NCBI GenBank assembly: GCA_005879985.1
Contig: VBIA01000173.1
Coordinates: forward strand, 1,562-65,561
DNA from: Chloroflexota bacterium
Lineage (GTDB): Bacteria > Chloroflexota > Dormibacteria > Dormibacterales > Dormibacteraceae
Direction of reading: 5' to 3'
Length of the DNA stretch: 64,000 nt
Made by a program: the position numbers and the translations under genes. This document shows positions 31,339-40,651 of the stretch, in pieces (positions within the stretch are counted from its first letter, which is position 1; each line of letters opens with the position of its first letter). Under the pieces are notes generated by a model that saw only the letters and a program-made list of their open reading frames with translations, had not been told where the DNA came from and did not search any database.

Positions 31339-31767
31339 ATGTCCGAGGCTGACGGCACCGCACCGCCGGTGGAGAGGCTACTCGAGGACATCGACGAGGC
31401 GTTCGCGCATCTGAGCGACGCGGAGGAGGCCGAGCATCCGACGGTTCGGGTGTTGGTGGTGGATGACGACGAGCGCCTCGCGGAGATCACGGCCCGAGGT
31501 TTGCGCCGCCTGGGCTTCGAGGCCGACTCATCGTCCAGGCTGCCGAGCTCATTTGGCGGTGCGGTCCCGGTGGTCGACCTCGGGATCCTGGAAAGCGCGG
31601 GCAACGATGTGCTGGCGGCGGTGCGAGCGGCCCGGCCGATCGTGGTCACCGGCGCGACCGACCGCGCTTCGCGCGCGATGGCGGAGAATCTCGCCGCGAC
31701 CGACTATCTGCTGAAGCCGGTCGAGCTCGATGAGCTGGCCGCGGCGATCAAGCGCCGGATGAAGTAG
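31339..31767 (+). CDS. Single-domain (CheY-like) response regulator with an acidic N-terminal extension
   Basis: VLVVDDDE, VVDLGIL (candidate phospho-Asp), IVVTGAT and YLLKPV. An alternative TTG start is at 31321. Confidence 0.6.
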   Translation: MSEADGTAPPVERLLEDIDEAFAHLSDAEEAEHPTVRVLVVDDDERLAEITARGLRRLGFEADSSSRLPSSFGGAVPVVDLGILESAGNDVLAAVRAARPIVVTGATDRASRAMAENLAATDYLLKPVELDELAAAIKRRMK

Positions 31768-31796
31768 GCGGGGTCAACCCAGTCGGCCCGCCGCGC

Positions 31797-33140
31797 TTAC
31801 GGGTTGAACGGAGGCAGCGACACCGTGAAGACGGCGCCTCGGCGGCCACCCTCGTACGTCAGCTGGCCCTGGTGTTCCCGGACGATGCCGTATGACATGA
31901 AGAGGCCGAGGCCGGTGCCGCCTTCCTTGGTAGTGAAGTGCGGCTCGAACAGGTGGTGCCGGTTGTCGTCCGATACGCCCGGGCCGTTGTCCGCCACGCT
32001 CACGTACGGCCATCCGTTGTTGCGGCGGCCGGTCGAAATCTCGACGCGCCCTCCGAGGGTGACCGCGTCGATGGCGTTGTTCAAGAGGTTGGTCATGACT
32101 TCGCGCATGAGTAGCGGATCGGCCTTCACCCCCACATCCGTCGGTGCTTCATGCACGGCGAACTGGACCTCTTTGCCGCGTGCGCGCGGTCGCGCCATTC
32201 CGACTGCGCGGGTGACAAGCTCGTTGAGGTCGACCGGATTGGGTGCGTAGCTGACCTTTGGCGTCGCCCCCTGCGCGAGGTCCCGAAGGACGGCGACCGC
32301 GTCGTTGGCGGCGTCAGTCGCTGTCTCGAGGCTCTCTCGGTCGGGGCTTTCGAGCTTCCGAGTGTCGATCTCTTTGAGATACGCCAGGGCCGTGGCCATG
32401 TGGTTGCGAAGGTTGTGAACCACACCCTCGACCGCGCGACTATGGAAGAGGTGGCGATCGGCGTCGGAGAGCTCCGACTCGAGCACACGGCGGACGCGCC
32501 TGCCGGCGATGGTGTCCGTGAGCGCCAGAGCCAAGACACAAACGATCGTCGCGAGGAAATAGCCAAGTAGGGAGCCATCCAATACGTAGCTGATCAGAAG
32601 GCCAGCAAGAGCGAAGTAGCCGAAGGCTACGAAGAAGGAACTAGTGACGTTGTGTCGAAGGACTGCGGCCGGAGATTCTCGCCTTAGCAGCCCAAGCGCG
32701 ACCGACGCAAGCACCAGGTTCGCCAGCGTCACCGTGAGCAGCACCAAGAGTCGCCCAGCGAACGCGGGAGGATGAACGCCACCCATCGCAACCGAAACGA
32801 GCGCTCCCGCTGAAGTTGCCAAAGCGAAAATCAGAAAGTTGCCAAGCAACGGCCAGGGCGCCCGCAAATTTTCTATCCCGACCAGCAATGAGACCAGGGT
32901 CGCGTCCAAGGGATTGAGCAATATCGCAGCGGCCACCGCAATGATTCCTGTCAGGGTGAGTCGGCCTCGCTCGAGCTTGACGACTGGGAGGCTCATTAGC
33001 GCAGCGGCGGCCGCCAGGTAGACGACATTCGTCACAAGATCGGTCCGGACGGCGTCATCATTGCGGAAAGCGACGTTCATGCCGACCAGCAGTGCGATAA
33101 GTCCGAGCAGGAATGCCCAAGCAGCTGTAAAGCGCTTCAT
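31797..33140 (-). CDS. Membrane sensor histidine kinase (polytopic N-terminus, HisKA and HATPase_c)
   Basis: H-box VVHNLRNHMATA, N-box NLLNNAIDAV, ADNGPGV and TKEGGTGLGL. The N-terminal ~200 aa are hydrophobic and encoded by lower-GC DNA. Confidence 0.85.
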   Translation of the reverse strand: MKRFTAAWAFLLGLIALLVGMNVAFRNDDAVRTDLVTNVVYLAAAAALMSLPVVKLERGRLTLTGIIAVAAAILLNPLDATLVSLLVGIENLRAPWPLLGNFLIFALATSAGALVSVAMGGVHPPAFAGRLLVLLTVTLANLVLASVALGLLRRESPAAVLRHNVTSSFFVAFGYFALAGLLISYVLDGSLLGYFLATIVCVLALALTDTIAGRRVRRVLESELSDADRHLFHSRAVEGVVHNLRNHMATALAYLKEIDTRKLESPDRESLETATDAANDAVAVLRDLAQGATPKVSYAPNPVDLNELVTRAVGMARPRARGKEVQFAVHEAPTDVGVKADPLLMREVMTNLLNNAIDAVTLGGRVEISTGRRNNGWPYVSVADNGPGVSDDNRHHLFEPHFTTKEGGTGLGLFMSYGIVREHQGQLTYEGGRRGAVFTVSLPPFNP

Positions 33141-33198
33141 ACCTAGTTGCTAAGCTGCTCCCATCGATAAGTCGACTCCGACCGCTCGGGCCCTACGG

Positions 33199-33840
33199 GT
33201 GCTGGTCGTAGACGATAGCGTGGTGCCCCGCGCAGCGGCAAAGAGCTTGCTTGCAGCCGCACATGGTCTTCGATTCGTCGGAGAAGCCGCATCCGCGCAG
33301 GAAGCCTTTCGGCAGGTCGTCGCCCTCAAACCCGACCTCGTCTTGATGGATGTTCACATGCCAGACGTCGATGGGCCGCAGGCGACTAGGGAACTTCTAG
33401 CCCGGCACCCTTCAGTGAAAGTGATTGCGTGGACCGTGTCCGAGTCGAGCGAGGACCTTCTGCGAATGATGCAGGCAGGGTGCTCTGGATACGTCCTGAA
33501 AGAGGCGGGTCCTGCCGAACTCCAAAACGCGCTACTGGCGGTCGCGCGAAGCCAAAGTCCGGTTCCACGGCGAATGATTCCCGAGGTCCTGCGACGAATA
33601 GGCGAGCGGACCCCGTTATCCCAGAGAACGACGGTTTCCCTCACCTCTCGCGAGATGCAGATCCTGAGAGGTATCGCAAAGGGGCATACGAGCAAGAAGC
33701 TTGCACAAGACTCAGGGCTAGCCGTTCCGTCGGTCGAAACGCACCTCCGAAACATCTTCCGGAAGCTCGATGCGAGCAACCGAGGCGAGGCCGTAAGTAC
33801 GGCTCTCAAGTTAGGGCTGGTCACTCTGGCCGACCTTTGA
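33199..33840 (+). CDS. NarL/FixJ-family response regulator (receiver plus LuxR HTH)
   Basis: LVVDDS, LVLMDVHMPDVDG, AWTVS, YVLKEA, LTSREMQILRGIAKGHTSKKLA and VETHLRNIFRKL. Confidence 0.88.
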   Translation: MLVVDDSVVPRAAAKSLLAAAHGLRFVGEAASAQEAFRQVVALKPDLVLMDVHMPDVDGPQATRELLARHPSVKVIAWTVSESSEDLLRMMQAGCSGYVLKEAGPAELQNALLAVARSQSPVPRRMIPEVLRRIGERTPLSQRTTVSLTSREMQILRGIAKGHTSKKLAQDSGLAVPSVETHLRNIFRKLDASNRGEAVSTALKLGLVTLADL

Positions 33841-34149
33841 CCGGCGGCCGCGCCCCCTCATCAATTTCAATGACGGCGCTTCATTGGATTTGACGATTCT
33901 CAGGTCTGGGTCGCGGGCAGAAACTCTCCCTACGACAGTGACCTGGAAAACGAACGGTTCTGACTCAGTTCGGTAGGGGAGGAGAGGATCGATGGCGCGT
34001 ATGTGGAAGCGATTGATGCGTAGCGCGAGTCGGCCACGAGTCGTCGGAAGCTGGCTGCTGTAGCCTCCTGATCTGGGCCCGCCCGAGGCGGGCATTTTGA
34101 GTGGCTTTGGCGGGGGGAGCCTCCGCCACCGACGGCTAGAATTCGAACG

Positions 34150-36714
34150 TTGCAGCGATTTCGAGGTCTGCCTTGGAAGGCAAGACTTTACGTAACGACG
34201 GCTGTAGTTGTAAGCGCCGTAGGCATCAGCCTTGGGTGGCACTTGCGACCGCTCACGCTGGCGGACGCGCCAATGTTGCTGTATCTGGCTGTCGGCACGC
34301 AGATTGCCGCGTTGCTGCCGATACGGTGGCGTAACGGTGTCCAATCCGTTGTCGATCCTCTCCTCCTAGCGACAGGCCTCTTTGCACCAGGCGCCGGAGT
34401 CGGGCTCCTCGCCTGGCTAGCGACCTTTGACGGGCGTGTTCCCGGTCGAGGTACAACGTGGTGGATCCTGGCGTTCAACCGAGCGATGCTCTGCATTGCT
34501 CACGCCTTTCCATCGATGCTGGTCGCGTACATAGCCCCAAGTAGTCCTTGGAGCCTGCCAGTCAAGACGGGCGCATATGTCCTCATGTCGGTCGCGGTGA
34601 ATTACCTTATGGCAGCCCGCGCCCTGTCTTTCGTGAGTCGGACGAGTTTCTGGGCCACTCTCGAACAAAACGTTGGCGGCCTTCCGACCTTGACATCGAC
34701 GGCGATTCTGAATTTTTCGGGTGGGATTCTCTACTTAGTCCTTGCGAAGACTCCCGACAACATCGGGTACTTGATGGCGCCGGCCCTTTTCGGGTTCATC
34801 CTCGCTGTCAGAGGAAACGTCGCCGACGCGCAACGCCAGACCGAGCTCAAAGATCAGACCCTCGAGCTGGCCGCTCAGGCGCTCGACGCTCGAGACCGTT
34901 ACACCGAGTCCCACTCGATTCGAGTGGCCGAGCTTTCCGGCCGCCTGGGCGAACACCTCGACCTTGGTGGTCGCGAGTGCGATCTCCTACGGACCGCCGG
35001 ATCGCTTCACGACCTCGGAAAGATCGGGGTTAGGGACGACATTCTCAACAAACCGGGGCCGCTCACCGACGAAGAGTGGGAGGTCATGCGGAAACACCCC
35101 GATATCGGGGCCGACATGATCGGCCAACACTCAGCGCTGACGGAGGTTGCGCCCCTCGTGCGTTACCACCACGAACGTTGGGACGGCAGTGGTTATCCGG
35201 CCGGGCTCAAAGGTGAGGTAATCCCGTTCGGCGCGCGGATCCTATCAGTCGCTGACTCGTTCGACACAATCACGGGGACCCGTTTGTACAGGCGATCGCT
35301 GATGACTCCACTTGAAGGAGTCGAAGACATTAGCCGCCGGGCCGGCCAGTGGTACGACCCGAACGTCGTCGATGCGCTGCGTGCGCTGCACGGAATGGAA
35401 CCACTTCCGCTCGCAGACCGGCCGCATGTGCCGAGGCGGATCACTGCTTGGAATGTGCTGAGGGTCAATCCCGGCTTTGCGCGGCTGCTTGCCGCGATCA
35501 GCATCTCGGGACTGGGCGATCCGCTCACCCAGGTCGCAGCCTTGGTATCGATCTATGCGGGGACCGGCGGTGACACGCTAGCTGTAGCAGTCGCGTTCAT
35601 CGCGCAGGCTGCGGCCACAATCGTGATGAGTGTCGCGCTTGGGGGCATCGCCGACAGATTCCCCCGCAAGCGCCTCGTCGTTTACCTCGAACTGGCACGT
35701 GCTGCCCTGTTGATCGCGACTCCGTTCCTAGTCGCCTTCTCAATCTGGATGGTCGTCCCGGTCTTGTTTGTGCTCGCGGCCATCAACTCTGTGGTTGCGC
35801 CGGCCAAGCAAGCAGCCGTGCCGACGTTGGTTGCGCCCGGTCAGGTGGGTAAGGCGAACGCCATGGTGACTGCGACGATGACCGCGTGCGGCACCTTGGG
35901 CTTCGGACTCGCCGGCGCAACGCTCGCATTGGCGCAGCAGATCGGGATCCCCCACCCCACAACGGTGCTGTTCATTGGCGACGCGGTGACCTTCGCTGTT
36001 GCCGCGTTGCTGGTGGCGGGAATCCCAAACCTCGGCGGTGGGACGACGACCATGCGCGTCACTGGCGCGTGGCGGCGAACGTGGGCGCTCGACGCGGTCC
36101 GTGCGCACCTGACCGTGGGCGCAGCAGCCGCTTTCCTGCTAGCAATGAGCTTTCCGGCTCTTCTCGCACTGGCATATCGCATCGAGCCGCAGGCAGGAGG
36201 TGCCACCTACTCAGCTCTCGAACTGGTGCTGTCGGCCGGCCTACTTATCGGATCCTTGGTGGTGGGTCGCTCCCAGGCGATCGGATCGATGCGAACCGCG
36301 GGGATTGGCTTGCTTGTGACCGGCGTGTTCGCGCTCGCAATCACTCTGACCAGCGAGGTCTTAATCGTGGCGGCGGCTCTCTTTATCGCCTCCCTGGGCA
36401 ACGCGATCTACTGGGTCGCGAACCAGACAGCCCTGGTTGAGGCCGCCGATGCCTCGAACCGGGGCAGCGTGATGGCGACCCGCTTCAGCCTTGTCCAGAC
36501 CGCAAGCATTGCTGGCGTTGCCGTTGGTGGCTTCGTCACCCACTCGTTCGGACAGAACGGGCCGCTTGTGGCCTACGGCGTGCTTGCGATCGGCCTTATC
36601 TTGCTCGGCATGTTCGCCCTGGCCGCCGGCCGCCGGACCGTCAATCCCCTGCACGGCCTGCAATACGAGGAAGCCATGCTGAGGCCCGCCGGAGCGAGCT
36701 CGCCGGCCGACTAA
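34150..36714 (+). CDS. Fusion protein: ~7-TM N-terminal domain, HD-GYP c-di-GMP phosphodiesterase domain and an MFS transporter domain
   Basis: HSIRVAELS, SLHDLGKIGV and YHHERWDGSGYPAGL (HD-GYP). From ..LRVNPGFARLLAAISISGLGD onward there is a 12-TM-like MFS region (IADRFPRKR loop). One uninterrupted 854-aa ORF. Confidence 0.75.
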   Translation: MQRFRGLPWKARLYVTTAVVVSAVGISLGWHLRPLTLADAPMLLYLAVGTQIAALLPIRWRNGVQSVVDPLLLATGLFAPGAGVGLLAWLATFDGRVPGRGTTWWILAFNRAMLCIAHAFPSMLVAYIAPSSPWSLPVKTGAYVLMSVAVNYLMAARALSFVSRTSFWATLEQNVGGLPTLTSTAILNFSGGILYLVLAKTPDNIGYLMAPALFGFILAVRGNVADAQRQTELKDQTLELAAQALDARDRYTESHSIRVAELSGRLGEHLDLGGRECDLLRTAGSLHDLGKIGVRDDILNKPGPLTDEEWEVMRKHPDIGADMIGQHSALTEVAPLVRYHHERWDGSGYPAGLKGEVIPFGARILSVADSFDTITGTRLYRRSLMTPLEGVEDISRRAGQWYDPNVVDALRALHGMEPLPLADRPHVPRRITAWNVLRVNPGFARLLAAISISGLGDPLTQVAALVSIYAGTGGDTLAVAVAFIAQAAATIVMSVALGGIADRFPRKRLVVYLELARAALLIATPFLVAFSIWMVVPVLFVLAAINSVVAPAKQAAVPTLVAPGQVGKANAMVTATMTACGTLGFGLAGATLALAQQIGIPHPTTVLFIGDAVTFAVAALLVAGIPNLGGGTTTMRVTGAWRRTWALDAVRAHLTVGAAAAFLLAMSFPALLALAYRIEPQAGGATYSALELVLSAGLLIGSLVVGRSQAIGSMRTAGIGLLVTGVFALAITLTSEVLIVAAALFIASLGNAIYWVANQTALVEAADASNRGSVMATRFSLVQTASIAGVAVGGFVTHSFGQNGPLVAYGVLAIGLILLGMFALAAGRRTVNPLHGLQYEEAMLRPAGASSPAD

Positions 36715-36783
36715 GCCGGCCGAATTGCGCCCTGGGGTTAACCGGGACGCCCCCTGAGATGCCTCATTCATACTGCTGCGTAC

Positions 36784-37923
36784 TTGCGCAACCCTCGCCC
36801 GGCAGGCTCCGCGCACGAGCCGGAATCGACCGAGCCGGCAACCCTGCCGACGGCCGTGGCGGTCGCCTGGTCGCTTGATCCGCGCCGCCGCCGCCTGTAC
36901 CTCCAGATCGCGTTTGGGCTCGGCTCGGCCCTGGTCGCCGTGCTTGTCCTTTACCTCATCCGTGACGTGCTTGGCGCCTTCGTCCTGGGCGCGGCGATCG
37001 CATTCCTGATTCAGCCGGCCATCCACCGGCTGACCGAGCTCGGCCTGCCGCGAATCCTGGCCATCGTGCTGATCTTCGTGGCGATCCTGCTGGCGCTTGC
37101 CGGCATCGTCCTGCTCGTCCTCCCGCTCTTCATCGGCGAGGTGGGCCAGCTGCAGTCGCAGGCTCCGAGCCTGGCCACGGAAGCCCAGCGCCGGATCACC
37201 GAGCTCCAGGGCTCGCCCGTGAGCATCTTCGGCATCAACGTCAACCTCGCCAGCTCGGTCGAGACCGTGAGCTCGCACCTGCGCGACTACCTCTTCGGCC
37301 AGTTCGGCAATGCCGTCAGCATCGGCCTCACCGCGCTGACGACGGTGCTCCAGATTCTCTTGATGTTCGTGGCCGCGTTCCTGCTAGCGCTGGACGCGCA
37401 TTCAGTGCGGCGGGTATTGCGCCGCCTGGTGCCCAACGACTACCGCAACGACTTCGACCAGATCTGGCGCCGCGTGCGGCGAATGCTTTACGCGTACGTG
37501 AGGGGCCAGATCATCGTCGCCGGCCTGATCGGCATCCTCAGCGGCATCGGCTGCGCGGCGCTCGGGCTGCCCGACGCCGTTGCGCTCGGCCTGATCGCAG
37601 GCATCACGGCGATCATTCCGTACCTCGGTCCATTCATAGGTGCGCTGCCCGCAGTGCTGGTGGGTCTAGCTTCAGGCGGTCCGTTCAAGGCGTTGCTCGT
37701 GGTGGGCCTCTACTTCGTGGTCTCGAACGTGATACTCAACTTCGTATACCCGAAGGTGATGGGCGACGCGGTGCGACTGCCGCCACTGCTCGTCATCGTC
37801 GCCCTGATCGCAGGGTTCAGCTGGGCCGGAATTCTCGGCATGTTCGTCGCGGTGCCGCTCGCGGCGACGTTGCGAATCGTGTTCGACCACATCTATCCGC
37901 GCCTGTACGAGAAGCCGGCGTGA
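36784..37923 (+). CDS. AI-2E family transporter (PerM/UPF0118)
   Basis: Polytopic membrane protein with YVRGQIIVAGLIGILSGIG and IIPYLGPFIGALP motifs. Confidence 0.8.
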   Translation: MRNPRPAGSAHEPESTEPATLPTAVAVAWSLDPRRRRLYLQIAFGLGSALVAVLVLYLIRDVLGAFVLGAAIAFLIQPAIHRLTELGLPRILAIVLIFVAILLALAGIVLLVLPLFIGEVGQLQSQAPSLATEAQRRITELQGSPVSIFGINVNLASSVETVSSHLRDYLFGQFGNAVSIGLTALTTVLQILLMFVAAFLLALDAHSVRRVLRRLVPNDYRNDFDQIWRRVRRMLYAYVRGQIIVAGLIGILSGIGCAALGLPDAVALGLIAGITAIIPYLGPFIGALPAVLVGLASGGPFKALLVVGLYFVVSNVILNFVYPKVMGDAVRLPPLLVIVALIAGFSWAGILGMFVAVPLAATLRIVFDHIYPRLYEKPA

Positions 37924-38633
37924 AGATCGCAGTCTTCTCGGACATTCACGCCAACTGGCAGGGACTCGAAGCCGTCATGGAGGACTGCCCGCCGGTGGAC
38001 GAGACGCTCTGCCTCGGTGACGTCGTCGGTTATGGCGGCGATCCGAAACGTTGTGTCGACGAGGTGATGGAGAGAGGGTGGCTGACGCTCGTCGGCAACC
38101 ATGACCGCGCTTGCACGGACCCGGAAATCCTGGAATGGTTCAACGACGACGCGGCCACCGTGGTGCGGTGGACGTTCGACGTGATCGGCGCGGAACGTCT
38201 CGAGTGGCTGCGCGATCTACCCGACAGCCACACGAAGGAGAACGTCCTGCTCGTCCACGCCAGCCCGCGCGACCACATCTACGAATACGTCCTCGACAGC
38301 GCGGTCGCTCACGCGAACCTCGAGCTGCTGCGCGGCAAGCTGTGCCTTCACGGCCACACGCACGTGCCCGGCATATTCGGCATCTCGGACGGTCAGGTCA
38401 CCCACGACTACCGCGTGGACACTTTCCGACTCACCGGCCCCGCGCTCGTGAATCCCGGCAGCATCGGCCAGCCGCGTGACGGCATACCGATGGCGAGCTA
38501 CGGCATCTGGGATGTCGACGAGGGGACTTTCGAGTTCAGGCGCGTCGGCTACGACATCGGAGGTGCACAGCAGGCGATACGGCAAGCGCAGCTGCCCGAG
38601 CGCTTTGCGGCTCGCCTAGAAACCGGTCGATGA
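37920..38633 (+). CDS. Metallophosphoesterase (YfcE/MJ0936-like calcineurin-fold phosphodiesterase)
   Basis: MKIAVFSDIHAN, LGDVVGYG, GNHD, HGHTH and NPGS motifs. Confidence 0.8.
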   Translation: MKIAVFSDIHANWQGLEAVMEDCPPVDETLCLGDVVGYGGDPKRCVDEVMERGWLTLVGNHDRACTDPEILEWFNDDAATVVRWTFDVIGAERLEWLRDLPDSHTKENVLLVHASPRDHIYEYVLDSAVAHANLELLRGKLCLHGHTHVPGIFGISDGQVTHDYRVDTFRLTGPALVNPGSIGQPRDGIPMASYGIWDVDEGTFEFRRVGYDIGGAQQAIRQAQLPERFAARLETGR

Positions 38634-40651
38634 AGCGCTGGGCGGCCCATCGCTGGCGGCGCCTCGCATTCGCCGGAGCTGCCGGAGCCGGCCTCGGTTG
38701 TTTCCTCGCATGGGCGGCCAACTGGTTCGTGTTCATCAGCGGCAACCTGCAGGGCCCCGACTTCTTCTCGTTCTACGCAGCCGCCGAGATCTTCGTCAAG
38801 CAGGGTCCGTCGAGCGTTTACGACATCCTCACGCAGAAGCAGTACGAGATCGCGATCACGCAACGTCCGGCCGATACGTTCATCGTGCTGCCGTACTTCC
38901 ATCCGCCGTTCTACACACTGCTCATCGCGCCGCTCGCATTCCTGAGCTATCGCGCCGCGTACTACGCGATGACCGCGTTCAACGTGGCGTTGCTCATCGC
39001 GCTGACCGTCATCCTGGTGCGAGGCAGCCTGCGAGTGCACCGGCGCGCCGTGATCGTCGCAGCGTCGCTCATCGCCGGTTTCTTGCCGGTGTTCGTGACG
39101 ATCCTCCAGGGCCAGTCCGACCTCGTCGTGCTCGTTCCGCTTGCCGGCGCGTACGTGGCGTGGTCGCGCGGACGCACCGGCTGGGCCGGCGTGCTCAGCG
39201 CGCTCGCGTTCTCCAAGCCCCAGCTGCTGCTTCTGATCCCGGTGCTCTTCATCACGCGGCGTTCATGGCGCGCCATGGCCGGATTCGCGGGGACCGTGCT
39301 GGCGCTGGCGCTCGTGTCTATCGCAGGCTTCGGTTTGAACCCGGTGCTCGAATACGTGAGCTCGGTCGGCTCGTGGGCGATCGGCGGGCAGCTGCCGACT
39401 CACGGGCAGGCGGTCTACACGGACACCGCGGTCTACTCGCTGCGCCACATTCTCGAGATCCTGCCGGGAGGCGGAAAGGTCATCGCCTTTGCGATCCTCG
39501 TCGGGCTTCTGGCGCTGGTGGCGGTCTCCTTGAGCTGGCGGCCGGACAAGCCGCGCCTCGACTTCGCGCTGGCGGTTGCAGCATCGCTCGTGCTGAGTCC
39601 ACATCAGAACGTGCACGACCTGGCGCTGCTTGTGATTCCAGGATTCGCGCTGGCCGACCTGGCGCTGGACGGCAGCCTGAGGTGGCCCGGCATGGCGGCG
39701 CTGGTGCTCGGGCTGGCGTACGCCGCCATCAACCTGAGCCTTGCCACCAGCCTCTGGGCTGCAGCCGGCGGCGCACTCGCCATCGCCGCCTTCTTGACCC
39801 TGGAACGGATGGCGGTTCGCCCGGAGCCGGTGGCGCTGACCGAGCATCGCTGGCAGGGGCCGCGACCGCACCGCGTCATCGTGCTGCCTGCCTACCGCGC
39901 GGCCAAGACGCTGGCCGAGGTGGTGGGCGACATCCCGAAGGGCCATGCCGACCGCATCCTTCTTGTCGACGACGCGAGCGCCGATGCCACAGTCAGCGTG
40001 GCGACCGCGCTGAACCTCGACGTGATCCGGCACGCGCGAAACCTTGGATACGGAGGCAATCAGAAGACCTGCTACAGGCGCGCGCTGCAGATGGGCGCGG
40101 ACGTGGTCGTGATGCTGCACCCGGACGGCCAGTACGACCCTGCCATCATCCCGAACCTGTGTCGAGTCATCGAGGATGGCGGGGCCGATATCGTCCTCGG
40201 CTCGCGCTGGCTGGGCCTCGATCCGGCCAAGGCGGGCATGCCGTGGTGGAAGCGGCTCGGCAACAGGTTCCTGACCGCGACCGAGAATCGCATCCTGGGC
40301 CTGAAGCTTTCCGAGTACCACACCGGATACCGTGCTTACTCGCGGCGCTTCCTGGAGACGATTCCCTTTCTCGAGAACAGCGACGACTTCGTGTTCGACA
40401 CTCAGGTCCTCATCCAGGCCGCAACGTTTGGTTTCAAAATCGGCGAGGTTCCCGCAATCGGCCGGTACCACGAGGACGCCAGCTCGGTCAGCTTCAAGAC
40501 TTCAACGGTGTACGGGCTCAAGACGCTGGCGGCGCTGCTGACCTATGTCGCGCACCGCTCCGGCTTTCCCAGCCGGTGGCTCACGCCGCGGTCATATGCC
40601 GACGAACAGCCGCTTGCGGTAAGCAAGGTAGCCCACCACAGCCAGGTTTAG
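38630..40651 (+). CDS. Fusion protein: GT87/DUF2029-like polytopic glycosyltransferase domain plus a GT2 polyprenyl-phosphate glycosyltransferase-like domain
   Basis: The N-terminal ~400 aa are multi-TM (PDFFSFYAAA..., YFHPPFY), typical of DUF2029. The C-terminal domain has VIVLPAYRAAKT, LLVDDASAD, NLGYGGNQK and HPDGQYDP (GT2 DxD region). Confidence 0.7.
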   Translation: MKRWAAHRWRRLAFAGAAGAGLGCFLAWAANWFVFISGNLQGPDFFSFYAAAEIFVKQGPSSVYDILTQKQYEIAITQRPADTFIVLPYFHPPFYTLLIAPLAFLSYRAAYYAMTAFNVALLIALTVILVRGSLRVHRRAVIVAASLIAGFLPVFVTILQGQSDLVVLVPLAGAYVAWSRGRTGWAGVLSALAFSKPQLLLLIPVLFITRRSWRAMAGFAGTVLALALVSIAGFGLNPVLEYVSSVGSWAIGGQLPTHGQAVYTDTAVYSLRHILEILPGGGKVIAFAILVGLLALVAVSLSWRPDKPRLDFALAVAASLVLSPHQNVHDLALLVIPGFALADLALDGSLRWPGMAALVLGLAYAAINLSLATSLWAAAGGALAIAAFLTLERMAVRPEPVALTEHRWQGPRPHRVIVLPAYRAAKTLAEVVGDIPKGHADRILLVDDASADATVSVATALNLDVIRHARNLGYGGNQKTCYRRALQMGADVVVMLHPDGQYDPAIIPNLCRVIEDGGADIVLGSRWLGLDPAKAGMPWWKRLGNRFLTATENRILGLKLSEYHTGYRAYSRRFLETIPFLENSDDFVFDTQVLIQAATFGFKIGEVPAIGRYHEDASSVSFKTSTVYGLKTLAALLTYVAHRSGFPSRWLTPRSYADEQPLAVSKVAHHSQV

